A stretch of 64,000 nucleotides of DNA from a virus, in the IMG/VR virus record IMGVR_UViG_3300025645_000042, positions 32,001 through 96,000 of that record, one strand, 5' to 3'. Shown in pieces: positions 29,012 to 38,843 of this stretch; within the stretch, counting starts at the first letter, position 1; the number at the start of each line of letters is the position of its first letter. Under the pieces are notes generated by a model. That model saw nothing but the letters and a program-made list of their open reading frames with translations. It was not told the origin of the DNA and searched no databases. Made by a program: the position numbers and the translations under genes.

Positions 29012-29511
29012 TGAAATCGATATTAGATAAATTTTTTCCTGAGAAAAATGAAAATTATAATAAAGCCAAAACTAGTTTAATGGAAATTAAAAAAAGATTT
29101 GATAGTTTTGTAATTTCATTTCCTGATGTTACACCAAATGAAATAATAATAATTAAAGAACAGTGGGAAAAATTACCACAGAAAATTTCAAAAGGTGTCG
29201 AAGTCATGGGAATAAAAGCTGTTAAAGAATATAAATCTCTTATTTTAGCTTACAAACCAAATTCTTATATTATGCCACACGTACATAATAATTTATATGA
29301 ATATGGGAAAATATTAAAAGGTTCCATTAAAGATAAGTTAACTGGTAAAATATATAAAACTGGTGAGACTTATAAGTTCAACCCTAATCAACCACATTAT
29401 TTAAACACCAACGGAAGTAGTTGTATGGTCTATTCTATATTGACCGAGGATTCGAATTTTAATATGAAACCTTTACCAAAAAAATTGAGAGAGACTCTAA
29501 ATCTGACGTAA
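29011..29511 (+). CDS. cupin-domain protein
   Basis: MPHVH...YEYGKILKG...FNPNQPH motif. Confidence 0.75.
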   Translation: MKSILDKFFPEKNENYNKAKTSLMEIKKRFDSFVISFPDVTPNEIIIIKEQWEKLPQKISKGVEVMGIKAVKEYKSLILAYKPNSYIMPHVHNNLYEYGKILKGSIKDKLTGKIYKTGETYKFNPNQPHYLNTNGSSCMVYSILTEDSNFNMKPLPKKLRETLNLT

Positions 29512-29590
29512 TTAGGACCTTTCAATAATTCTAAAAATTAAAATACCAGGGTTTACGATACTTACCAGGTCTTGACTTTTAATATATTTT

Positions 29591-30076
29591 ATGTATATTT
29601 TATACATGGAAAAAATAAGAGGAACAGAATTTACAATAGATATTAATAATAATATTAATGTTATGTTTGGGTCAGTTGATAAGAACAACCCTAAAACCGT
29701 TTATATAAAATTTAGTGGTTGGGGGAATACTATCGACTTTGACGAAGATTTAGAATATAAAACAATAATTAGAAAAATTACTAAAGAAATTAAGAGGTAT
29801 ATTTATTTTAATATAAAACCAAATTTATTCAATAGAGAAATGACCATGGTAGATATGGATATGCGGGAATCTGGAATATCTTCAGAAAAATCTAGTTTTA
29901 TGAGTTGTGAAATCACTTTATTTCAAATGAATAACTTTCTATTGGATAGTGACATCTTAAAAGATGAAATGATAAGATTAATTAAACATGTGTGTGAAGA
30001 GATATTAAATAAAGATTTATATTTTAAATTTTATAAACATAAAAAACAAGCAAAAAAGAAATTACTAGAAGCCTAA
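29591..30076 (+). CDS. hypothetical protein
   Basis: 161 aa ORF. Confidence 0.75.
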   Translation: MYILYMEKIRGTEFTIDINNNINVMFGSVDKNNPKTVYIKFSGWGNTIDFDEDLEYKTIIRKITKEIKRYIYFNIKPNLFNREMTMVDMDMRESGISSEKSSFMSCEITLFQMNNFLLDSDILKDEMIRLIKHVCEEILNKDLYFKFYKHKKQAKKKLLEA

Positions 30077-30101
30077 ACAATTAAAAAGTTTAGGCTTTTT
30101 T
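30069..30101 (+). terminator. intrinsic terminator
   Basis: AAGCCTAAAC-loop-GTTTAGGCTT plus T run. Confidence 0.8.
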
Positions 30102-30138
30102 GTTTGTTTGAGCATATTTATTGAGAAAGACGGTAAAT

Positions 30139-30831
30139 ATGACAAATGATTTTAAAGTAATTAGAGGCGGTAAGACTGGAACTGGGTTATTAATTGAAGG
30201 TGACGCTGGTTTCATTGAACCTAGAGACCTACGAAATAAACCGTTTATTAGTGAAGCTAACAAAATAGGTTCGGGTCCAGTTATGTTTGAACCTCTTGAA
30301 CTATTCGTAGTACTACAAAAATACGGCATAGAAAATAGAAACGGTAGAATATACCCAGAAGAAATTTTAAAAAGAGAAGCTAGAAGGTATCAAGAACTTA
30401 TTGATATGAGATTAGCCATAGGTGAGTCTGACCATCCTGAGAGTAGTGTTATTTCAAACAGTAGAGTTTCGCACGAGATTAAAAAAATCTGGTGGGAAGG
30501 TCAAACATTGGTTGGAACTATTGAAATAATAATGTCACCTGGTTTTGTTAATCAAGGGATAATTTCTTGCGAAGGAGACCAAATTGCAAACATGCTTAGA
30601 AAAGGAATTAGAGTTGGTGTTTCATCAAGAGGTGTTGGTTCATTAAATGAGGTTGGTGGAAAATTATTAGTTCAAGATGATTTTGAAATTATCTGTTGGG
30701 ATATTGTAACTTCACCAAGTACACCAGGTTCTTATATGTTTAATAATATAGCTGAAGCTCAGCCATTTATGGAATCTGTTGGTAAAAAAGATAACTTGTT
30801 AATTGATAAATTAAATAAGTTTTTACTGTAA
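30139..30831 (+). CDS. prohead core protease (T4 gp21-like); start moved from TTG 30121 to ATG 30139
   Basis: NRNGRIYP, GESDHP, GVSSRGVG, WDIVTSPS; the late motif overlaps the listed TTG. Confidence 0.92.
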   Translation: MTNDFKVIRGGKTGTGLLIEGDAGFIEPRDLRNKPFISEANKIGSGPVMFEPLELFVVLQKYGIENRNGRIYPEEILKREARRYQELIDMRLAIGESDHPESSVISNSRVSHEIKKIWWEGQTLVGTIEIIMSPGFVNQGIISCEGDQIANMLRKGIRVGVSSRGVGSLNEVGGKLLVQDDFEIICWDIVTSPSTPGSYMFNNIAEAQPFMESVGKKDNLLIDKLNKFLL

Positions 30832-30966
30832 AAAACAAGGGTTAAAAATAAAAATCATAATTTTTTTTAATGAAATGGCGTATTTTGGTAAAATGAGACA
30901 TATTTATTAAGTAACTGTGCAACAGTAGTTGCATGATAATCTAAATTACAAAAATTTACAAAACAA

Positions 30967-32640
30967 ATGAAAGACGAAAAAAAGTCTGTAATAGAAGAAG
31001 CCTTAGCGGAATTTACTCTTATTCAAGAGAATTTAAATTCGAATACTAAAGAAATACTTCGTTCGGTAGCGAAAGAAGAAATTACCAGTACGCTAAAAGA
31101 GTCCTTATATGAGGATGATTATGATATCGAAGATATCGAAGACGTTGATGCAGAACCAGAAATGGGAGCTGATGTTGACGCATTACCAGTTGATGACGCA
31201 CCTGAAGCGGGACTAGAACCAGAAATGGGGATGGAACCAGAAGGTGGTTCTGAAGAACTTGGAATTGATGACATAGGTATGGACACTGCGGATGGAGACT
31301 TAGGTCTTGGAGCAGAAGAAGGTGGCGAAGACTACGGAATGGACATGACAGGAGCATCAGACGAGGAAGTTATCTCAGTTTATAAAAAATTAAGCGGAGA
31401 AGACGAAATAGAAGTTGTATCACCTAACGAAGTAATTATTAAAGACCCAAATTCAGGGGCAGAATACAATGTAAAAATGGGTGGTGGTAGTCTTATCGAC
31501 CAAGGTGAAATGTCAGCAGACGATTTAGGTTCAGAAATGGATTTAGGTATAGATGCAGAAATGGACGTTGAACCAGAGATAGGAGTAGAACCAGAAATGG
31601 ATACGGAAGTAGGTCCAGAAATGGATTCTGAAGAATCAGAAGAAGAAGTGCCAGCTCCAGCAATGGGTGGTGAAGAATCAGAAGAATCTGAAGGTGAATC
31701 TGAAGAAGAAGAAGAAGAAGAAATGGAAGAGTCTGTAGTTTATGAGATTGAATTATCGGAAGATGAGGCGATTGAAGAAGGAATTGAAAATGACCTTAAA
31801 ATAAACAAGGATAGTAAAATTGGTGCAACCGCTGACGGTAAGCCAAGAACAGCTACAAGTGACGTTACATCAAAAGGTGGTTCATTACCAACTGGAGATA
31901 TAGAAGGTCAAAACGCTCCAAACGATTCTGATTCAGGGGATAACCTTGATGGTGGTTTCACAGAAGACCACAATGGTAGCGGTGATGCACATGCACCACA
32001 CGTTATGGAAAGTGAAGAAGTTGTTGAAACTGAAACAATTGAAGAAACTGACGAAGTAACTGAAGAAGTTGTTGAGGAAGAAGATACAATTGAAGAACAC
32101 ATTCCAAAAGGACAAGGTGAAGCGCACAGAATGCCAGCTAAAGCTGACATCGGACAACCAGTTGCACCAGGTGCAAAAGGAGTTAAGGGCGTGAAAGGTG
32201 AGAATGTTGAGTCTAAGAAATTAGTGGAAGCTATTTCTAAGTACAATACATTATTATCTGAAGCTAAAGAACTAAAGAAAGAAAATGACATGTTCAGAAA
32301 CTCTCTTAAAGACTTTAGAAAATCAATTACTGAGACTGCTGTATTCAATACTAATTTAACACACGCTACTAAGTTATTTTTAGAGCACTCTACTACATCA
32401 GTAGAAAAGCAAAATATCTTAAGTAGATTCGATGAAGAAGTTAGTACTATTGAAGAGTCTAAAAAACTGTATAAAGCAATTAGTTCTGAATTAGGAAATA
32501 AAACTCCTATCACAGAAGGAATTGAAAATAAACTCGTGTCTGATAAAACTTCAAGTCAGTCTGCTCAATTAAATGAGACGACAGCTTACGTTGACCCAGC
32601 ACAAAAAAGGGTTCTTGATTTAATTAGAAGAACTAGATAA
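30967..32640 (+). CDS. prohead scaffold/core protein
   Basis: very acidic, between protease and capsid, C-terminal coiled coil. Confidence 0.75.
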   Translation: MKDEKKSVIEEALAEFTLIQENLNSNTKEILRSVAKEEITSTLKESLYEDDYDIEDIEDVDAEPEMGADVDALPVDDAPEAGLEPEMGMEPEGGSEELGIDDIGMDTADGDLGLGAEEGGEDYGMDMTGASDEEVISVYKKLSGEDEIEVVSPNEVIIKDPNSGAEYNVKMGGGSLIDQGEMSADDLGSEMDLGIDAEMDVEPEIGVEPEMDTEVGPEMDSEESEEEVPAPAMGGEESEESEGESEEEEEEEMEESVVYEIELSEDEAIEEGIENDLKINKDSKIGATADGKPRTATSDVTSKGGSLPTGDIEGQNAPNDSDSGDNLDGGFTEDHNGSGDAHAPHVMESEEVVETETIEETDEVTEEVVEEEDTIEEHIPKGQGEAHRMPAKADIGQPVAPGAKGVKGVKGENVESKKLVEAISKYNTLLSEAKELKKENDMFRNSLKDFRKSITETAVFNTNLTHATKLFLEHSTTSVEKQNILSRFDEEVSTIEESKKLYKAISSELGNKTPITEGIENKLVSDKTSSQSAQLNETTAYVDPAQKRVLDLIRRTR

Positions 32641-32670
32641 TAAAACAAATAAATTTTAAATAAACAAATT

Positions 32671-34467
32671 ATGTCAAATTTTTTAAATTCAGGTAAAGTT
32701 GGTAATATCGGCTTAAACCACATGAAAACAATACGTGAGAACACTATCAACAAATGGGATTCATTAGGATTCTTAGATGGTCTTAAAGGTCACGTAAAAG
32801 AGAACATCGCTCAATTATATGAAAACGAAGCTTCTCACTTATTAAACGAATCAACTGATGCTTCTAGCTCAGGTTCTTTCGAAACCGTAGTATTCCCTAT
32901 TGTTAGGAGAGTATTCTCAAAATTATTAGCTAATGACATTGTGTCTGTACAAGCTATGAATATGCCAATTGGTAAATTATTCTTCTTTGTACCACAAACG
33001 TCATCTAGATATGATGCTACTGGTGATGCTTATGGTGACCCTCATAAAGATGGTCCTCAATATTCTGCACACACTTCAATGGGTTCAGATGGTTTACCAA
33101 TCGTAAGAGGTGTAGACCCTTCATATGCTCCTACTCAGTACTTGAGTAAGAACTTATATGATATTTACTATAATGATGGATTATTTGATGCATCAAAAGG
33201 TGAAATATCAATTATTACTGGTACTGGTACGTTAAAAACGTTAGGTGCGGGTGGTACTTTCACTACAGCTGCTGATTTTGCTGCTCTTCCAACTGCTACT
33301 GATGGTTCTTTAAGAACTGCAATTTTAGCTGTATCTGGATTTAGCTCAATCAATAAAGGTAGATTAAGTGGACCAGATGGTAATCCAATGGATACTGAAT
33401 CTTTCTTAGCGTCTTTAAAAGTTGTTACTAATGGTATCGCTTTAACTGACCAAGATAGTAATGTAATTGTTGCTGATGCAACTGAAGTTCCATTTAGATT
33501 GGTAACTCAAAAATACGGTAAAGGTATCGTATCATACGATGATATTTGTGATGATGCTGGTGTTATTTACTTAGAATTAGATATGACTCACCCTGTAGAT
33601 GCTGCTGGTACTTCAACATACGATGGTTACATCGGTGCTGACTTAACATTAGCTTCAGGATTCACATCTTCAGATTTCTCAGTATCTTGGGCAGAATATG
33701 CTACATTAGAACTTGAGACTGAAATGGGAGAAGTATCTTTCAAATTAGACGAAGTAGTTGTTTCTGTAGAAGAAAGAAAATTAAGGGCTACATGGTCTCC
33801 AGAATTAGCGCAAGATGTTAGTGCATTCCACAACATTGATGCTGAAGCTGAATTGACTGCTATGTTATCTGAGCAAGTTGCTGCTGAAATCGATAGAGAA
33901 ATCTTAAGAGATATCAGAAAAGCTGCTGCATGGCAATTGAGATGGGATTGGAACGGATGGAGAAAAGCTTCATTAGCTGCTAATGCTTATACTCAAAAAG
34001 ACTGGAATCAAACTTTAATTACTAAAGTTAACCAAATTTCAGCACAAATCCATAAGTCTACTCTTAGAGGTGGTGCTAACTTTGTTGTTGTATCTTCAGA
34101 AATTTCTGCTGTATTCGATGATTTAGAGTACTTCCACGTATCTGACGCAAGTCCAGAGCAAGACCAATATAATATGGGTATCGAGAAAATCGGTTCATTA
34201 AGTGGACGTTACCAAGTGTACCGTGACCCTTATGCTCCATCTTGGTCACTTATTATGGGACACAAAGGTAAGTCTTTATTAGACACAGGTTACATCTACG
34301 CACCTTACGTGCCAATGCAACTTACGCCTACAATGTATAACCCATTCAACTTTGCACCAGTGAAAGGTATAATGACACGTTATGCTAAAAAGGTCGTGAA
34401 CAATAGGTTCTACGGAGCTATTAGAGTTGACGGATTACAAACATTCAACGTAAACGAATTAAGATAA
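32671..34467 (+). CDS. major capsid protein (T4 gp23-like)
   Basis: IVSVQAM, RKLRATWSPELAQD, DAEAEL...EIDREI, YAPYVP, GIMTRY. Confidence 0.96.
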   Translation: MSNFLNSGKVGNIGLNHMKTIRENTINKWDSLGFLDGLKGHVKENIAQLYENEASHLLNESTDASSSGSFETVVFPIVRRVFSKLLANDIVSVQAMNMPIGKLFFFVPQTSSRYDATGDAYGDPHKDGPQYSAHTSMGSDGLPIVRGVDPSYAPTQYLSKNLYDIYYNDGLFDASKGEISIITGTGTLKTLGAGGTFTTAADFAALPTATDGSLRTAILAVSGFSSINKGRLSGPDGNPMDTESFLASLKVVTNGIALTDQDSNVIVADATEVPFRLVTQKYGKGIVSYDDICDDAGVIYLELDMTHPVDAAGTSTYDGYIGADLTLASGFTSSDFSVSWAEYATLELETEMGEVSFKLDEVVVSVEERKLRATWSPELAQDVSAFHNIDAEAELTAMLSEQVAAEIDREILRDIRKAAAWQLRWDWNGWRKASLAANAYTQKDWNQTLITKVNQISAQIHKSTLRGGANFVVVSSEISAVFDDLEYFHVSDASPEQDQYNMGIEKIGSLSGRYQVYRDPYAPSWSLIMGHKGKSLLDTGYIYAPYVPMQLTPTMYNPFNFAPVKGIMTRYAKKVVNNRFYGAIRVDGLQTFNVNELR

Positions 34468-34470
34468 TAT
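34402..34470 (+). repeat. 69-bp direct repeat copy 1 (capsid gene 3' end)
   Basis: 65/69 identical to 35613-35681. Confidence 0.95.
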
Positions 34471-34500
34471 AACTTCTTACTCGTTTCGAGATAATAACCA

Positions 34501-34532
34501 AAAAGGTCTAGATTTTTCTAGACCTTTTTTTT
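34501..34532 (+). terminator. intrinsic terminator after capsid gene
   Basis: AAAAGGTCTAGA-loop-TCTAGACCTTTT plus T run. Confidence 0.88.
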
Positions 34533-34601
34533 ATTTATATAAAGAACCATAAATTCTATTATTTACTTGTATTTTACAATATTTATTAGTATACTTGCAT
34601 T

Positions 34602-35279
34602 ATGAAAAAAATAGAATTTATAAAAGAAGATATTAAAGAAATTATTAGGTTGTATAACGAAGAAATGTTAGGTACTCCATCAATTGGTGAAATATTTAAT
34701 GTTGGTAAGAAGGTTATTAATCGAACCCTTAAAGAAAATGGTGTTGTAATGGGACCATCTGGTAGGAAATTTACTGGCGGTAAAAGTGTGGCCGATAAAC
34801 GTTACAGCGAAAAAAATAAAGAAAAATTAACTGAATACCACAAAGTTTGGTCTAAAAATAATAGAAGTAAATTAAGAGATTATCATTCAGAGTGGCGTGA
34901 AGAAAATAAAGAACATATAAATGAATATAAACGCAATTATGAGCGAATGAAGTGTGCGGCTGACCCAAGGTATAAAATATCTAAAAGAACTCGCACAGCG
35001 GTTTATACATGTCTTAAAGAAGCTAACATATCAAAGTATCGTTCTACGTTTAGTATAATAGGTTATGGTATTGATGAATTAATGGAACATTTGGAGAAAC
35101 AATTTGTTGATGGAATGACTTGGGATAATTATGGTGAGTGGCATGTTGACCATATAAAACCAATGTCATCATTCTCATTTAAGAGCGTTGATGACATTGA
35201 GTTTAAGGAGTGTTGGAAATTGGATAATCTTCAACCGCTTTGGGGTGAGGATAATTTATTAAAAGGGTCATTTTATTAA
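34602..35279 (+). CDS. free-standing HNH homing endonuclease
   Basis: WHVDHIKP...NLQPLWGEDNLLKG; basic helical middle; late motif at 34579-34586. Confidence 0.85.
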   Translation: MKKIEFIKEDIKEIIRLYNEEMLGTPSIGEIFNVGKKVINRTLKENGVVMGPSGRKFTGGKSVADKRYSEKNKEKLTEYHKVWSKNNRSKLRDYHSEWREENKEHINEYKRNYERMKCAADPRYKISKRTRTAVYTCLKEANISKYRSTFSIIGYGIDELMEHLEKQFVDGMTWDNYGEWHVDHIKPMSSFSFKSVDDIEFKECWKLDNLQPLWGEDNLLKGSFY

Positions 35280-35421
35280 GAATTCAATAAAAATTTAAAA
35301 ATAATCATATTTTTATTAAAACTTTTTAAAATTTGGGACTATTCTATATATGTAGACTTTATAAAAAGTCATGATGTATTACATACTTTGTAATATAAAT
35401 AACAATTAATAATTTTTTTAT

Positions 35422-35613
35422 ATGAAACAATTTTATGAAGGTGATTTATGTAAACATAAATCACAAAATATACTATTTGTTGTTGAAATTGAAGACCATC
35501 CTGATTATACCATAAGTCATGTTAACAAATATGGTGACCTACATCGATTCACAACAAAATTTCATTGTTTGGAACCTGTTAATAAGGGTAATGGGTTGAA
35601 GTTACATACTTAA
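35422..35613 (+). CDS. small hypothetical protein
   Basis: 63 aa; stop codon abuts the second repeat copy. Confidence 0.5.
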   Translation: MKQFYEGDLCKHKSQNILFVVEIEDHPDYTISHVNKYGDLHRFTTKFHCLEPVNKGNGLKLHT

Positions 35614-35681
35614 ATAGGTTCTACGGAGCAATTAGAGTTGACGGATTACAAACATTCAACATTAACGAGTTAAGATAATAT
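35613..35681 (+). repeat. 69-bp direct repeat copy 2: orphaned capsid C-terminus NRFYGAIRVDGLQTFNINELR-stop
   Basis: same peptide as the capsid C-terminus except V to I; own terminator follows. Confidence 0.95.
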
Positions 35682-35702
35682 CTTAATATCGTAGAGATAG
35701 AT

Positions 35703-35730
35703 AAAAGCCTAGCTAATGCTAGGCTTTTTT
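35703..35730. terminator. bidirectional intrinsic terminator
   Basis: AAAAGCCTAGC-TAAT-GCTAGGCTTTT; overlaps the recombinase stop. Confidence 0.88.
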
Positions 35731-36297
35731 ATTTAATTTTTTTACTTTTTGAACCGTCCCTGAAGATTTATTTGTTAATGACATCACTTTTCTTATTGAA
35801 TATCCCATATTTAAAAAGGCTGTAACTTTTTCATTTTCTTTTAAAAAATGCAAATCACTTTTTTTGGACCCTCTTTTACGACCTAATTTACCACCTTTTT
35901 TTATATAAAGTTCTCTACCAGCGTTTAACCTTTTTTTAATTCTTTCTGTTTCTAAAGCAGAATCTTCTATTTGCTTTTTTAAGCTATCGTTTTTATCATT
36001 GAAAGCACAAATTATTTTCACATCTAAAATCTTACAATTATCAATAAAATATTTCAAATATCTTTCTTTTCTAGAAACCCTATTTAATTCAGTTACCAAA
36101 ACAATTTTGATGTTTTTCGTATCTAAAAAATCAATATACTTTTCTACATCAATAAAATTTTTAAAACCACTACAATAAGATTCAAATATTTTGACTATAT
36201 TATATTCAGAATATTTATCAACCAAATGATTTATTTGATAATTTGTATCTTGTTTAACTGTACTACATCTAGCAATTATTATTGCGTTATTTATCAT
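35719..36297 (-). CDS. small serine recombinase (resolvase/invertase family)
   Basis: ARCST catalytic Ser, SG, ELNRVSR, GGKLGR, C-terminal HTH. Confidence 0.88.
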   Translation of the reverse strand: MINNAIIIARCSTVKQDTNYQINHLVDKYSEYNIVKIFESYCSGFKNFIDVEKYIDFLDTKNIKIVLVTELNRVSRKERYLKYFIDNCKILDVKIICAFNDKNDSLKKQIEDSALETERIKKRLNAGRELYIKKGGKLGRKRGSKKSDLHFLKENEKVTAFLNMGYSIRKVMSLTNKSSGTVQKVKKLNKKA

Positions 36298-36603
36298 TTA
36301 GCCAAATTTTATTTCAGCTTGTTCATCTGTTAATTTATTATCCTCATAAAAAATGGTGTAAAAAGTTTGACCATTTTCTTGAACCCAATATAATTCATAA
36401 CCATCAACGATTTCAACTAATTGAGCTGATTCATAACCGTATAAATCATCATCCTCATATGATGAATATTCTAAACTTCCATCAGAATCATAGGGATAAT
36501 ACTCGTCATTTAATTTAAATTCGAAGTATTCAGCTTCATCAATCCCAAAAGCGTCTACAAGGGCCTCTCTAGCTTCTTTATAAGCGTCTATAATATCTTT
36601 CAT
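36298..36603 (-). CDS. hypothetical acidic protein
   Basis: 101 aa ORF in operon. Confidence 0.7.
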   Translation of the reverse strand: MKDIIDAYKEAREALVDAFGIDEAEYFEFKLNDEYYPYDSDGSLEYSSYEDDDLYGYESAQLVEIVDGYELYWVQENGQTFYTIFYEDNKLTDEQAEIKFG

Positions 36604-36830
36604 TATTGTGGCTTTTCTACTAAAACATATTTAGCATATGAAATTTCATCACCAAATTTATTGGTTCCATTTTCAATTTTGGTGTCAATCTTATAACCTT
36701 TTTGCTTTAACTTATGAATTGTTGCAGCTAATCTAGTTTCACCTAAATGATTGAATGCATAGAATGGACTGATTGAACCATGATTCACTAATGCATCCAC
36801 TACCCTTTGTTTTTTCGTTACTTTACTCAT
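36603..36830 (-). CDS. winged HTH protein
   Basis: GSISPFYAF...RLAATIHKLKQKGYKI pattern. Confidence 0.7.
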   Translation of the reverse strand: MSKVTKKQRVVDALVNHGSISPFYAFNHLGETRLAATIHKLKQKGYKIDTKIENGTNKFGDEISYAKYVLVEKPQ

Positions 36831-37029
36831 CTTTTTTAAATTTATGTTTATTTATTCTTCGATTAAGGATGTTAAATAATTTATCATCCAATAATTTTTC
36901 TTCTTTTAAGTTTAATGTCATGTACCAGTCATTAAACCCTTCACTTTCCTTATATAAAAAGTCTGTTATTTCATGTACACATTTTCTTAACTCTCGCCCA
37001 CTAACTTTATCTAAATCTGAAATACACAT
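36823..37029 (-). CDS. hypothetical protein
   Basis: 68 aa ORF coupled to neighbours. Confidence 0.55.
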   Translation of the reverse strand: MCISDLDKVSGRELRKCVHEITDFLYKESEGFNDWYMTLNLKEEKLLDDKLFNILNRRINKHKFKKDE

Positions 37030-37181
37030 TATTTTAAATTTTTATTAATTAATTCTAATTTTCTATTTTCCATTTTATTAATCAAATCTAATGACTTTCG
37101 TATTGGATTCGTTTCAACCCAGAATTTAGCCCTCTTTAATTCAAGGGTTACTTCTTCCAATGACATTTCATTAATTTTCAT
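37029..37181 (-). CDS. small hypothetical protein (50 aa, not in ORF track)
   Basis: read by hand MKINEMSLEEV...NKNLK; fills the gap. Confidence 0.55.
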   Translation of the reverse strand: MKINEMSLEEVTLELKRAKFWVETNPIRKSLDLINKMENRKLELINKNLK

Positions 37182-37389
37182 TTAAAAATTTTTTAATAAA
37201 TTCATCTTTAAAACTATCTACATATAATGAAACAAACTCACCCTTTAAATCAGTTGTTAAATAATGTTTCATTTCATCACTTATATAAAATCTAAAATCG
37301 AAAACTTCTAAAATTTCAAAAATATCACCATCATTTACTGTTATTTTATCTAATTCCGTTATTTTTGGTCTAAATTTCTTTGTTCCCAT
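37171..37389 (-). CDS. hypothetical protein
   Basis: 72 aa ORF. Confidence 0.6.
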   Translation of the reverse strand: MGTKKFRPKITELDKITVNDGDIFEILEVFDFRFYISDEMKHYLTTDLKGEFVSLYVDSFKDEFIKKFLNEN

Positions 37390-37393
37390 TTAT

Positions 37394-38455
37394 TTATTTT
37401 TTGTAATTCTTAATATTTCCTTTATACTTTATTACGTAATATTTTATTGTTTCTAATATACCTTCCTCAAAATTCTTTTCTGGTTTCCAATTAAGGTTTG
37501 TTTGTAGGTAATTAGAATTGACGGCATATCTTAAATCATGACCCTTTCTATCAGTAACATATTGAATAGGGAATGGTGGTAAATGTGTGATTGGTGATTC
37601 TGCGTAAGTATACGTATTATAAAATAATTCACATATTTTATGAATTATATCAATATTGGTCATTTCATTATCACCACCAACATTGTAAGTGTGACCTTTT
37701 TTACCATTATGAAATATTTCGTCAATGGCTTTTACATGGTCACCAACCCATAACCAATCTCTTACATTTTCACCAGTACCATAAACTGGTATCTTTTCAC
37801 CATTAACAAGTTTTCTAATAACCGTAGGGATTAGTTTTTCATCGTGCTGATGTGGCCCATAATTGTTAGAACAGTTAGATATTACACAATTCATCCCGTA
37901 TGTACGTGCGTATGCCCTCACAAAATGGTCTGAGGCTGCTTTAGAGGCACTATAAGGTGAAGAAGGGTTGTAGGGAGTCTGTTCTGTAAATGGTGCGTCT
38001 CCGAGCTTTAAATCACCATAAACTTCATCGGTTGAAATATGGTAGAATCTATTGGGTGAATTCTCACCCCAAACGTTCTTTGCAACATTTAATAAGTTAA
38101 GAGTCCCAAGTACATTTGTTTGAGCAAATATATTAGGGTTATTAATTGAATTATCTACATGGGATTCAGCTGCTAAGTGAATTATATCGGTTATTTTAAA
38201 ATAATTAAAAACTTCATTAATTAAATTTTCTTTTCTAATATCAACTTTAACAAACTCTACTCGTTCATTAAACCAGAAGCGAGGTCCACCATGAACACCC
38301 ATTTCCAAACCGTTCACGTTGTCATAATTTGATGCATAGGTTAATGAATCCATTACAACTATTCTATAGTTAGGGTATTTATCCATAAAATGATTCACAA
38401 CGTGTGAACCTATAAATCCAGCACCACCAGTAATCAATATATTATTCTCTTTCAT
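37394..38455 (-). CDS. rfbB: dTDP-glucose 4,6-dehydratase
   Basis: GGAGFIG, HLAAESHVD, STDEVYG, YSASK, CSNNYGP, RDWLWV. Confidence 0.95.
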   Translation of the reverse strand: MKENNILITGGAGFIGSHVVNHFMDKYPNYRIVVMDSLTYASNYDNVNGLEMGVHGGPRFWFNERVEFVKVDIRKENLINEVFNYFKITDIIHLAAESHVDNSINNPNIFAQTNVLGTLNLLNVAKNVWGENSPNRFYHISTDEVYGDLKLGDAPFTEQTPYNPSSPYSASKAASDHFVRAYARTYGMNCVISNCSNNYGPHQHDEKLIPTVIRKLVNGEKIPVYGTGENVRDWLWVGDHVKAIDEIFHNGKKGHTYNVGGDNEMTNIDIIHKICELFYNTYTYAESPITHLPPFPIQYVTDRKGHDLRYAVNSNYLQTNLNWKPEKNFEEGILETIKYYVIKYKGNIKNYKK

Positions 38456-38771
38456 ATTTCATTTTGATAATTAAACCCCTCCTAAAAGTACTATTAGGGA
38501 TTTCAGGTGTTAAAATTAAATTAGATACAATTAATTTAAGAATATTCCTTTCTGTTCTTTCTTTAGCACGATGTAATAACCATTGTAATTCAAAAAGAAT
38601 TTCAGCTATTGAATATTCCTCAGTACCTACATCTATAGAACATCTCAACTTATGTGTTGTACCAGAAATATCATCATTGATTTCCACAAAGGGAATAGCC
38701 TTAATGAAATAATTAAAATTTTCATTTATTTTATCAATAAATTTTTCTTCTTCAGATGTTATTTTATCCAT
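38442..38771 (-). CDS. hypothetical protein; start moved to ATG 38771
   Basis: TTTG-N20-TACATTTG promoter (38807-38776) lies inside the longer listed ORF. Confidence 0.6.
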   Translation of the reverse strand: MDKITSEEEKFIDKINENFNYFIKAIPFVEINDDISGTTHKLRCSIDVGTEEYSIAEILFELQWLLHRAKERTERNILKLIVSNLILTPEIPNSTFRRGLIIKMKYERE

Positions 38772-38843
38772 GTAGCAAATGTACAAAAAAAAATGGGAAA
38801 AAACAAATTTTCCCATTTAAATTTCTAATAATTAATTAATTAA

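Noticed and set aside
34402-35681. Diversity-generating retroelement TR/VR pair
   Set aside because: Mismatches are not confined to adenines of one copy and no reverse transcriptase is in the window
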